From: a virus | DNA length: 64,000 nt | Virus record (IMG/VR): IMGVR_UViG_3300045988_081419 | Location: 1 to 64,000 of that record | Reading direction: 5' to 3' (one strand) | Shown: positions 46,874 through 55,375 of the stretch, one piece after another | How positions within the stretch are numbered: position 1 is the first letter of the stretch | How the letters are laid out: each line of letters begins with the position of its first letter | Notes under the pieces: model-generated | What the model was told of the DNA's origin: nothing | Databases searched by the model: none | The model's input: the letters and a program-made list of their open reading frames with translations, nothing else | Translations under genes and position numbers: made by a program

Positions 46874-47037
46874 CAACTTTTTACCTCCTCACACTCATTT
46901 GCAGGTATGTATTGAAAACACTTCTTGCCGGATTTAAAGATTCCGTTCTTCTCACAGTACACCAAAAACTGTAACACTGGTCTTGGCTCTACATGATACA
47001 CTGTGAGTATTTGACCTTTGTATCTCACTTTAAACAT
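46873..47037 (-). CDS. 54-aa hypothetical protein
   Basis: MFKVRYKGQILTVYHVEPRP...; GAGG RBS; translationally coupled to the next ORF. Confidence 0.4.
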   Translation of the reverse strand: MFKVRYKGQILTVYHVEPRPVLQFLVYCEKNGIFKSGKKCFQYIPANECEEVKS

Positions 47038-47113
47038 AGGATAACCTCGCTTTCTATAATATTTATACTTAAATTATAATAGGACGCTAAACTTTCGTCA
47101 AACGTCCTTTCTT

Positions 47114-48028
47114 TCAAACCTCGCTATTAGCAGTGTTTGTAACCTTTTTCAGTTTCTTCTTAGGAGATTCCTCAATTTGGGGAACATAGACTGGTTCTTT
47201 TAAAATTGACTCTGGATTCTCCACAAGTGCCTGTTGTGCAATCTGGTACATCTTGTGTTGCATAAAGGCTTCAATTTCACCCTTACTTTCTGCAACAGTG
47301 TTATCCATCTGCTCATTAAACTGAGATAACTGAAACTCTTGATTAGTTCCAATGTTCTGACTTATTCTCCTTAGCATACTCAGAATTTCTTCCTGTTCTT
47401 TCTTGTTGAAAGACTTCTTTTCTTTAAACTTACCCTCAACTGTTTTAATGAGTTCCTTACTGTCAGAGTACACATCTTCAAGGTGTTCTTTATACTCCTC
47501 TCTATGTACATCTAAAGGATTGTGGTAGGGACATTCTGGCATAGCCTTGTGGTTCACTCTTTTAAGTGTTACTGGAACACCATCACCCATATTCATGTGA
47601 GTTATAAGTTCTACAAACTGAGTATAAGACATTTCAACCTCAAACAATTCTTCTGTACCAAAGTACCAATTCTGATTAAGGTGTCTGTCATACTCACCAC
47701 GCTTTAACACAAGATTGATTTTGTCATGGTGTTTAATACTTGACCCAAACAAATAAGGACTTCCACCAGACTGTCTGTTAAAACACAACATTCCAAAAGA
47801 GGGGTGGATATGTCTTTCTCCTCCAACAGTACTTCCCTCTTTAACAATTATCTCTTCGTCTCTCAGTTCTTGAGACAACACCCATCTTCTCAAATTATTA
47901 CACACATTTTCGCCGGAATAAACAGAGTCAATAAATTCACCAGAAAGAACACCAACACTGCAATATCCATTTTCGTCTAATTTATCACATTTAGACCTAC
48001 CACACTTATATCTAACTTCTTCCATCAC
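47114..48028 (-). CDS. Hypothetical protein
   Basis: 304-aa ORF; Cys-rich N-terminus; no recognised motif. Confidence 0.5.
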   Translation of the reverse strand: MMEEVRYKCGRSKCDKLDENGYCSVGVLSGEFIDSVYSGENVCNNLRRWVLSQELRDEEIIVKEGSTVGGERHIHPSFGMLCFNRQSGGSPYLFGSSIKHHDKINLVLKRGEYDRHLNQNWYFGTEELFEVEMSYTQFVELITHMNMGDGVPVTLKRVNHKAMPECPYHNPLDVHREEYKEHLEDVYSDSKELIKTVEGKFKEKKSFNKKEQEEILSMLRRISQNIGTNQEFQLSQFNEQMDNTVAESKGEIEAFMQHKMYQIAQQALVENPESILKEPVYVPQIEESPKKKLKKVTNTANSEV

Positions 48029-48038
48029 ATATCATCTC

Positions 48039-48707
48039 CTATATCATTAACTGTCTTAAAGTAAAGTCTCTAAAGTGTTTAACAAAATTCATAACACTAT
48101 TACTTCTAGCGTAAGAAAAAATTCCGTCATAAACACCCTCTTTTAACTCGTCTTGATAAAATTCGGAAACTGGGAAAACTTCTTCATACCTAAGAGACTG
48201 CAAAGGTCTTAAATTCAACCCCACTGTTTGATAATTAGGACGTTCCAACTCACTTGTTGCAGGTTTAAGAGTATTTACTTCTGGCACTGTAATTTTAAGT
48301 ACTGGAAGACCTTTCTGAACTAAATAATAGGAATCCCCAATCTTTAAAGATATATTCTCTAAATGGGAAGTCACCACTAGGTTACAACAAACAGTATCTT
48401 TAACAGTATAAAGTCTTTTCAACCTATTACCTTTTTTATGATAGTATTTTTCGTCCAGAAAAGTTCTACCCTCAATCTTAAACACTACGTCTGCTTCTAC
48501 ACACCCAGAACTAAAATGAGCCGGGGCAATTTTGTGGTCTACCTCAGTCCTCAATACATCTGTAATACTAAACTTATCTATTATTTTTAATCTATATAAT
48601 ATATTATATATTACAGAGGTAATGCGTTCCTTGACCTCTTGACAGAAAAGTCGGAGATTTCTAAAGGGAAGAGGTTTAGTCATGGAATAAAATTTAGCCT
48701 TGCTCAT
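48039..48707 (-). CDS. Hypothetical protein
   Basis: Start at the ATG (MSKAKFY) preceded by GAGGAGGAAG. Confidence 0.5.
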   Translation of the reverse strand: MSKAKFYSMTKPLPFRNLRLFCQEVKERITSVIYNILYRLKIIDKFSITDVLRTEVDHKIAPAHFSSGCVEADVVFKIEGRTFLDEKYYHKKGNRLKRLYTVKDTVCCNLVVTSHLENISLKIGDSYYLVQKGLPVLKITVPEVNTLKPATSELERPNYQTVGLNLRPLQSLRYEEVFPVSEFYQDELKEGVYDGIFSYARSNSVMNFVKHFRDFTLRQLMI

Positions 48708-48900
48708 TCTCTTCCTCCTCAATTTTAAAGAAGAACTCGTCTTCATGTAATTCTGTCATACATTGAATCACATTTGCCACAGCCATTTTACTTACCTCAC
48801 AAGTGGCTGTTTTAGATTTTTCTACTATAAGTCGAATAATTCTGGACTTACGACCTATTTCTGTTAAAAGGTCTTCCTTTTTAACTGGTGTTACTTTCAT
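48694..48900 (-). CDS. Hypothetical small protein
   Basis: Start at the ATG (MKVTPVK) preceded by AAAGGAGAG. Confidence 0.45.
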   Translation of the reverse strand: MKVTPVKKEDLLTEIGRKSRIIRLIVEKSKTATCEVSKMAVANVIQCMTELHEDEFFFKIEEEENEQG

Positions 48901-48975
48901 AATAACTCTCCTTTCATAATAAAAATGTGCTACATGACATATTTTATCACATAGCACATTTTAGTCAAATGACCC

Positions 48976-51042
48976 TTATAATTCAGCGTCCACGATATTA
49001 TCTTCATCTTCTTCTTTCTTGCCTAAGTCACCAAAAATCTTTTCAAGGATTCCTCCTCTTTGTGGGTTGGTAACTTGTGTTGTCATTTCTTGTGTTCCGT
49101 CACTTCTGAGAATTTTAGTCTGTCTTAACACCTCAGTATTTCCATTTTCATACATCTGTTTAAGCTGACCTAAATATCTCATGGACTGGTCCATCATAGA
49201 AGAAACATTCGGGTCTGGGAGTCCTCCCTCAAGAATTTCAAACATCATGGTTCTCTGTAAACGTCCTAAAGAGAAGTCTACAATACCTTGCATAGCTTGA
49301 ATAATGTCTCCCATGTCTCTTGTGTCGAACTTATCAAAAATCTTGTTGTAAGCACAAGCAAATCCGGCTTTATATTCTGGACATTTCTGAGCCGCATAAC
49401 AAGTATCACAAGCCATTTTAGGGAACTTCTTAGAGTACATTTTCTTAGGCTTCAACACTTGTCTTTGACCTTTAAGGAAATGACCCTTTTCATCACGAAT
49501 GGGTGTGATACCCTCTTCTGCAAAGATTTCATCATCTAAAGAGTCAATCTCCGGGGCAGTTCCATCTTCACTCTCCGGCAGGTACTTTGAAAGGACATTA
49601 AGGACTTCCATTTCAGTAACGTCCTCTGTCTCATACTCTTCATCAGTAATGTAGGTTTCACGTTCCTTTACTACTCTGTCAAAATTAGTGCCGAGGAGAA
49701 GAAGTTTATCACTCTCACCTAAAAGGTTCTCCTTGTAGAACTGAATAAGGTCTGCTACCCTTTCTTCATCAGTCTGGACAATTCTATTTATCCAAAGGTC
49801 GTGTAACTCTTTAATGAGTTCCGGGGTATAAACTCTGTTGATATAGTCTACATACTCTGGTTTATCCCAGTTCATAAAACAAGTCATATCAATAACACAG
49901 TTAAGAGCCTGTACTTTGTCCTCTTGAGACACATTAAACATTTCAGCGTATTTCTGCCACTCTGCGTCTTGTGTTTCTGGGGAGTCTAACCATTCTGGTG
50001 TTGGGTACTGGATTGAGTCAAGGTCTGCTTCTGTTCTCTTTTCTCCTTTAGGTCTTAACCAGTACATTCTTGCCCGACACTGCTTCTGAATGTATTTTTC
50101 GGCTTCAATAAAGGCAAACACATTGACCTTAATCATTTCAGTGTTATCCTCTTCTAACAGCTTATCTTCATCAAAGCCTAAAGAAACAAGTTTCGGGAGC
50201 ATATTTCCTTTCCACTTGTCTTTCTTTAGTCTTGTCATCTTCTTGCCAGTCCAATAGTTGACTTCTCCATATTGAAGACCAACAAGCCATGTAGTTGAGT
50301 CTACTGTGTAGAATGGGAGGGAGGTTAAAAGAGAAGTCTTTGTCATAGCCATTCCATGTACAACACTGTTGTACTTCTCTGCTATTCTAAGCCTTTCTCT
50401 TACAATCTTTTCTCCATTATTTGAATCAAACTCCCAAGGCATACCAATGTAGGGATAACGCTGTGCATATTGTTCCCAAGTTCTTGCTGTTTCACCCTCA
50501 TGGTAGATAAAACACACTGGAATACCAGTCTCTAGCATGAAAGGCTCAAAGTATTTCTCATTCCACTCTTGAACAATTTCCGGTTGAACATGACCCTCAA
50601 TGTCAAGGTTGGCAATAGCAAAGATAATGTCTTTGTGTCTTTTAGCCCACCTTAAATATCTTTGAATCTGTTCTTCCCACTGTTCCACTGTGTACTCTGC
50701 ATACTTAGAATCATTTCTGTATGTATAAGCACCAGAGTCTACAAAGAACTTTATACCAAGACCACTAAACTTATCAACGTCCATGTGTTTATTCTGTACA
50801 TACTGATAGGACACAAGGAAGTTTCTAATACCCAGTCCATACAGAATGTCAAAGTTTCTTTCATCTTCAACACCAGAGTACAACATATGAAAGTCCTGCT
50901 CTCTATCAACAATATCCCAGAGTGTCTTAGGTTTCTCATTCTCAGAATGGTCTTTCTGGTTCGTAATTTGACTAAATTTAGACTTTCCAATGCTTTCACT
51001 TGTATTTGTACTCTTAGCCTTTTTCAGCTTTAATTTAGGCAT
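48976..51042 (-). CDS. dpdA: DpdA-like DNA (7-deazaguanine) transglycosylase with long Cys-rich C-terminal extension
   Basis: TGT/DpdA-type core FDILYGLGIRNFLVSYQY...KFFVDSGAYTY; adjacent to folE-queC-queE-queD. 688 aa, which appears roughly twice the length I recall for DpdA proteins (from memory, not checked); CDTCYAAQKCPEYKAGFAC cluster. Confidence 0.65.
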   Translation of the reverse strand: MPKLKLKKAKSTNTSESIGKSKFSQITNQKDHSENEKPKTLWDIVDREQDFHMLYSGVEDERNFDILYGLGIRNFLVSYQYVQNKHMDVDKFSGLGIKFFVDSGAYTYRNDSKYAEYTVEQWEEQIQRYLRWAKRHKDIIFAIANLDIEGHVQPEIVQEWNEKYFEPFMLETGIPVCFIYHEGETARTWEQYAQRYPYIGMPWEFDSNNGEKIVRERLRIAEKYNSVVHGMAMTKTSLLTSLPFYTVDSTTWLVGLQYGEVNYWTGKKMTRLKKDKWKGNMLPKLVSLGFDEDKLLEEDNTEMIKVNVFAFIEAEKYIQKQCRARMYWLRPKGEKRTEADLDSIQYPTPEWLDSPETQDAEWQKYAEMFNVSQEDKVQALNCVIDMTCFMNWDKPEYVDYINRVYTPELIKELHDLWINRIVQTDEERVADLIQFYKENLLGESDKLLLLGTNFDRVVKERETYITDEEYETEDVTEMEVLNVLSKYLPESEDGTAPEIDSLDDEIFAEEGITPIRDEKGHFLKGQRQVLKPKKMYSKKFPKMACDTCYAAQKCPEYKAGFACAYNKIFDKFDTRDMGDIIQAMQGIVDFSLGRLQRTMMFEILEGGLPDPNVSSMMDQSMRYLGQLKQMYENGNTEVLRQTKILRSDGTQEMTTQVTNPQRGGILEKIFGDLGKKEEDEDNIVDAEL

Positions 51043-51047
51043 TTCAC

Positions 51048-51617
51048 TTACCCCTTTCTTCTTTCTTTAAACTCTTGATAAGAGTCCTCAAATCCGGGAT
51101 TCACTCTCTTAAAATATGTGATAGTACTGCAATCACTCTCAGCACCTCTACACTTTACACATTGATGTGTTGCTTCTACCTCTACAAACAGTGCATGAGG
51201 TTCAAGCATTTCAATTAAAAACTCGCCAATCTCTGTAGTAAGTTTCTCCTGCAACTGTGGTCTTTTACTAAAGTATTTTACTACTCTAGGAAGTTTTGAC
51301 AAACCAATGATGTTATCACTAGGAACATAACCAATGGTGACTTTGCCGGAGAAAGGTAAAAAGTGGTGTTCACAAGTAGAATTAAAGTCAATGTCTCTTA
51401 CAATCACCATGTCACTTCCATACTCATTAGGAAAGGTAGTCATGGTCTCCTTTAACTCTTTCATGTGTGCATCATTTACATTAGCAAATAACTCATTCAC
51501 CCACATCTTAGAAATTCTAAGTGACGTATTTTTGTTGCTCTCCGTCTTTTCAATCTCAAGAATTTTCATAATTTCTTCAAGATGTTCCTTAATCTTTTCT
51601 ACTTTGTTATTTATCAT
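51048..51617 (-). CDS. folE: GTP cyclohydrolase I
   Basis: CEHHFLPFSGKVTIGYVP and QCVKCRG motifs. Confidence 0.9.
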   Translation of the reverse strand: MINNKVEKIKEHLEEIMKILEIEKTESNKNTSLRISKMWVNELFANVNDAHMKELKETMTTFPNEYGSDMVIVRDIDFNSTCEHHFLPFSGKVTIGYVPSDNIIGLSKLPRVVKYFSKRPQLQEKLTTEIGEFLIEMLEPHALFVEVEATHQCVKCRGAESDCSTITYFKRVNPGFEDSYQEFKERRKG

Positions 51618-51653
51618 AGTAAGTACCTCCTTTATCTTGTTACTCCATTATAA

Positions 51654-51686
51654 CACAAAAAAGCCCTCGGTCAATAACCGAGAGCC
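51654..51686 (-). terminator. Rho-independent terminator
   Basis: GGCUCUCGG..CCGAGGGCU hairpin followed by UUUUUUGUG on the minus strand. Confidence 0.65.
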
Positions 51687-51711
51687 TTTTCGTCTTTTAG
51701 GAAGAGTAGGA

Positions 51712-51864
51712 TTAACGTCCTCTCACACGATTTGCAACATTCTGGATACCATTACGAACAGCTCGTCCTGCTCTTTGAAGAATGTTACCACCTCTGTTGC
51801 CACCTCTCTGAGAGTTACCGCCACCTCTTGCTCCTCTACTGGAACCTGCGTATGCTTTCATCAT
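51712..51864 (-). CDS. 50-aa RGG-rich micro-protein
   Basis: MMKAYAGSSRGARGGGNSQRGGNRGGNILQRAGRAVRNG..; GGAGGA RBS; own terminator. Confidence 0.5.
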   Translation of the reverse strand: MMKAYAGSSRGARGGGNSQRGGNRGGNILQRAGRAVRNGIQNVANRVRGR

Positions 51865-51989
51865 AGCTGTGTCCTCCTTTTTCGTATATTTGGTTAAGGG
51901 GTGTCATCATAATAGGGGAATATACTAAACGCCTATCAGAGTACAGTTGGCTTAACCTGTATATAATATACCAAAACACATATAGGAAG

Positions 51990-52604
51990 TCAATAGGTTT
52001 CACCATAAATTTCTTCCAGTGCTTTACAGTCTGGACACCTTTTACATGGCAGGACTCCTAACACTGGCTCATTACAAGAGAAAAAGTCTTTCGGGGTAAT
52101 ATTGTGTTTTAAAGCAATCTCTTTAAAATCCCACTTATCCACGTCAATGAAAGGTGTTTTAATCTCAATATGGCTGTCCTTTAAGACTGTTTCAAGTGCA
52201 TTAAAGAACTCACCTTTACAATCAATGTATTCGTGTCCGTCAAAAGATTTGATAACTGCTACATAAATCACTGTACTACCAATACTCTGAGCCAAAGAAG
52301 AAGCATAGGACATGAAAATAAGATTGCGGTACTCAAGGTACTGTTCATCACCATATTCATTAGAGGTCTTTCTACCATACAGTGTACTCTGAGACCACTT
52401 AATAGGTTTGAGTTTCACTACATGGTTTATCATATTCAACTTCTTACACACCCTCTTAGCCCGATTTGTTTCCATAAGATGGTTTCTGTTTCCATATTCA
52501 AAATGGAGGGAGTGAATTTCTGCGTCTGGGTTATTATCCCTAACCCAGTGACACAGACACACACTGTCAAAACCTCCGCTGTTCAGTACTACAATCTTTT
52601 TCAT
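51990..52604 (-). CDS. queC: 7-cyano-7-deazaguanine synthase
   Basis: PP-loop VLNSGGFDS and C-terminal CNEP..CKRCPDC zinc cluster. Confidence 0.9.
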   Translation of the reverse strand: MKKIVVLNSGGFDSVCLCHWVRDNNPDAEIHSLHFEYGNRNHLMETNRAKRVCKKLNMINHVVKLKPIKWSQSTLYGRKTSNEYGDEQYLEYRNLIFMSYASSLAQSIGSTVIYVAVIKSFDGHEYIDCKGEFFNALETVLKDSHIEIKTPFIDVDKWDFKEIALKHNITPKDFFSCNEPVLGVLPCKRCPDCKALEEIYGETY

Positions 52605-52615
52605 GTGTGTACCTC

Positions 52616-52942
52616 CTAGCGTCTAAAAATATCCGGCACATCAGATGGGAGAGCATTTCTTGTAGGTCTTGCCTTATTCTCTGTAGAGTGGTATAAAGGT
52701 TGACCCACACTTCTCTGCTGTCTCTCTTCTGTCTTAGGTGTTTTAGCAGGTCTTCTTCCGGCTACTTTGTTAAGTCCATTGAGTCTTGCTGTCTCTTCTT
52801 CTAAGATTTCTTTTGCACCAAGTTTTGCTCCGTCATATCTGTCTTTGTCTGCTTTAATCTCTTCTGCCCTTGCAAGTGTTCTTGCGTCATCACGTCTCTG
52901 CCATCTTGCTTCTTCTGGGTCAATAGGTCTTCTATTCATCAT
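52616..52942 (-). CDS. Hypothetical basic protein
   Basis: 108-aa R/K/E-rich ORF inside the que cluster. Confidence 0.45.
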   Translation of the reverse strand: MMNRRPIDPEEARWQRRDDARTLARAEEIKADKDRYDGAKLGAKEILEEETARLNGLNKVAGRRPAKTPKTEERQQRSVGQPLYHSTENKARPTRNALPSDVPDIFRR

Positions 52943-53010
52943 TACTTTTTACCTCCTTTTTTGCTACCTTTCTTAGTACTCTTACTACCTTTTTTAGTTC
53001 CACAAGCCAT
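52942..53010 (-). CDS. 22-aa K/G/S-rich micro-ORF (tentative)
   Basis: MACGTKKGSKSTKKGSKKGGKK; GGAGGTG RBS; start and stop each overlap neighbours by 1 nt (TAATG). Confidence 0.3.
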   Translation of the reverse strand: MACGTKKGSKSTKKGSKKGGKK

Positions 53011-53204
53011 TATGTGTCACCTCCTACATCTAAAAGCTGACCTGTCTCAATCACACCACCTTGTTTCTGGCAGTTAGGACATTTAAGGTCTTTTAAAAGG
53101 GTTTCCACTGGTCTAACAGAAATCCATCTGTGAACACAGTGAACACAGAGGACTTCTGATACCATGTGAGGTTTGTTTGCGTCAATATCAACAACCTTTG
53201 ACAT
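53010..53204 (-). CDS. Small zinc-ribbon protein
   Basis: CVHCVHRW...CPNC in 64 aa. Confidence 0.5.
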   Translation of the reverse strand: MSKVVDIDANKPHMVSEVLCVHCVHRWISVRPVETLLKDLKCPNCQKQGGVIETGQLLDVGGDT

Positions 53205-53855
53205 TTACTGTACCTCCAAAATCTTATGCAACTGAATCTGGACTCTGACGTTTAAATGGTCTTCAAGAATCCACTCAACAAGTTCTTTTCCAATGTAGGC
53301 TTTTCCATTCGGGTCAAACATAGGACTGACAAGAATACTTGCAGAAGTAGGGTACTTTTTCATAACCCCTTTCATAAACTCATAATCTTCTCTGTCCTTG
53401 ATAACATACTTAACCTCGTCATTGTTTTGCAATTTTAAAAGGTTCTCATAAATGTTTTTGTGCTTTACTCCACTGGACGGACCTTTAATGTCCATCACAT
53501 ATTTGTAACTTCTTCTGTAACTAGGTTCTTCCAAAGGAACACAACCACTTGTCTCAATAGACACATTAAATCCGAGGGATTGTAACTCATATACCAGTGG
53601 AAGTGCTTCTTCATGGATAAGTGGCTCACCACCTGTCAGACAAATGTTCTTACACCACTTATAGTCTTTAAGGACTGCTTGAACTAAGTTACCTACAGAA
53701 ATTCTTTTTCTGTCCTCTTTCTTTTGGGGTTGGTCGCAATAGGAACAACCTACTGGACAGCCAAACAAACGAATAAAGACACAAGGGAGACCAGTATCAC
53801 TTGATTCTCCCTGTATGCTACAAAAGATTTCATCATAGTATAACATAGTCTCCAC
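53205..53855 (-). CDS. queE: 7-carboxy-7-deazaguanine synthase (radical SAM)
   Basis: CPVGCSYCDQ CxxxCxxC cluster; 216 aa; between queD and queC. Confidence 0.85.
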   Translation of the reverse strand: METMLYYDEIFCSIQGESSDTGLPCVFIRLFGCPVGCSYCDQPQKKEDRKRISVGNLVQAVLKDYKWCKNICLTGGEPLIHEEALPLVYELQSLGFNVSIETSGCVPLEEPSYRRSYKYVMDIKGPSSGVKHKNIYENLLKLQNNDEVKYVIKDREDYEFMKGVMKKYPTSASILVSPMFDPNGKAYIGKELVEWILEDHLNVRVQIQLHKILEVQ

Positions 53856-53859
53856 CTCC

Positions 53860-54264
53860 TTATGTCGCAGGTTGCAGAATATTTCTTAAACTCTCATAGC
53901 TTGGAATGTATTCTGCATAACTGTCTTCTGTCTCCCACAATTTCACGCTTACAAGATAAACATTATCCGGGAGGTTTTGCATAATTGTTTTTCCAATGTC
54001 AACCACCATAATTTCTGCGGTAGGGTTAGGGTAATGGTTATTTAAGTCCTCATGGTCTAATTTATCAACCACATAGTCTTTGACAATCTTCTTGAGGTCT
54101 TTAAAATCCATAATCATTCCTTGCTTCGGACCATCTTTAATGATGGAACCTCCTACTGTAACATCAAGTTTGTAGGAGTGTCCATGAAGATTGTGGCAAG
54201 CACCCTTATAATGAGGTAAGTGGTGACACGCTTCAAATCCAAAGTGTTTTGTAATTGTAAGCAT
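53860..54264 (-). CDS. queD: 6-carboxytetrahydropterin synthase
   Basis: FEACHHLPHYKGACHNLHGHSY His-triad motif. Confidence 0.9.
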   Translation of the reverse strand: MLTITKHFGFEACHHLPHYKGACHNLHGHSYKLDVTVGGSIIKDGPKQGMIMDFKDLKKIVKDYVVDKLDHEDLNNHYPNPTAEIMVVDIGKTIMQNLPDNVYLVSVKLWETEDSYAEYIPSYESLRNILQPAT

Positions 54265-54266
54265 AA

Positions 54267-54524
54267 CTACACCTCCTCTAAATCAATACCCTCAACTTCT
54301 GCTCTAACTTCAAGGGTTCTAAGGTAATTACCCATATAGCCTTTCTGCTCTTTCAGCAATTCAAGACTACATTTAGGGGTAAAGTTAAGTGTTCCTGCTT
54401 CGTATCTGATAGTCATTTTATGAAGTTTGTCGTACCTCATTTTAGTCTGCCAGTACTCAGCTTTAAATCTGTCTACATAGTTATCACTATACATAAGTTT
54501 AGTAATTCTGTTTAAATCTACCAT
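54267..54524 (-). CDS. Hypothetical protein
   Basis: 85-aa co-oriented ORF. Confidence 0.4.
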   Translation of the reverse strand: MVDLNRITKLMYSDNYVDRFKAEYWQTKMRYDKLHKMTIRYEAGTLNFTPKCSLELLKEQKGYMGNYLRTLEVRAEVEGIDLEEV

Positions 54525-54536
54525 AATAAATCCTCC

Positions 54537-54812
54537 TTAATCTACTACGATTCTTGCAATCATAACTGTTTTGTCTCCATCTACATCAGCAGTGTCATAC
54601 CCCGGTCTGATATAGAGAATCTTACCTTTCTGTGCAAAGATACTACTAGCAGTAGCAACAGCCTTAAACATCTGGTTTACACTAGACGCTCCAATGGCTC
54701 TTAACTCAATGTTATGATAACCTGCTTCGTAGGTCTTTACAATACTTCCGGCAGTCTGTCTTGTTGGGGAAGAGCCGGAAACTTTAAGGACTTTTACTTC
54801 TTCTCTAGCCAC
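54537..54812 (-). CDS. SpoVS-family protein (stage V sporulation protein S homologue)
   Basis: LKVSGSSPTRQTAGSI...LRAIGASSVNQMFKAVATA...DVDGDKTVMIARIV aligns along the full length with the pattern of Bacillus SpoVS. Confidence 0.75.
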   Translation of the reverse strand: MAREEVKVLKVSGSSPTRQTAGSIVKTYEAGYHNIELRAIGASSVNQMFKAVATASSIFAQKGKILYIRPGYDTADVDGDKTVMIARIVVD

Positions 54813-54829
54813 GATTATTACCTCCTTTT

Positions 54830-55375
54830 CTACAACTTTACTGCATACTGGTTATCAGAAGCAAGGGTAACACCTAACACTTCATCAAACCTGTTTGGTC
54901 TATCTGGAATGTATCTACCATACTTGATAACTACATTTTCCAACTTCTTTAACACCTCTAAAGTGTCTTTGCTTATTTCTTCTGGATAGTACCCAGTGTA
55001 GATAACAAAGTCATTTTTAACTCCTCTGTCTCTAAAGTAGTGAATAAGCTGTACTACTTCATCAGCCTGTAAAAATGGTTCAAGACCACCTATTACAATA
55101 GCTTCACTTAAAAGTGAGTTCTGGAACATTTTGAAAATGTTCTCATAGTCAACAATAATATCCTCTTGAGAATTAACCCCAGAATTTTGACAAGTACTGC
55201 AAGGAAGATTTACTTCCCTACAGCACTTAAAATCACAAGTAGAAACACCTATGAACATGGAGCATTTCTTGTAATCTTGAAACACCTCTGATTTAATATC
55301 TTTCACTTTGATACTGGCATAGAAGACATTATCACTTAACTTACCCACATTAGAATAAGTCATCATTGAGGTCAT
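54830..55375 (-). CDS. nrdG: Anaerobic ribonucleotide reductase activating protein
   Basis: Small radical-SAM-like protein with Cys cluster TCDFKCC; overlaps and follows nrdD. Confidence 0.65.
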   Translation of the reverse strand: MTSMMTYSNVGKLSDNVFYASIKVKDIKSEVFQDYKKCSMFIGVSTCDFKCCREVNLPCSTCQNSGVNSQEDIIVDYENIFKMFQNSLLSEAIVIGGLEPFLQADEVVQLIHYFRDRGVKNDFVIYTGYYPEEISKDTLEVLKKLENVVIKYGRYIPDRPNRFDEVLGVTLASDNQYAVKL

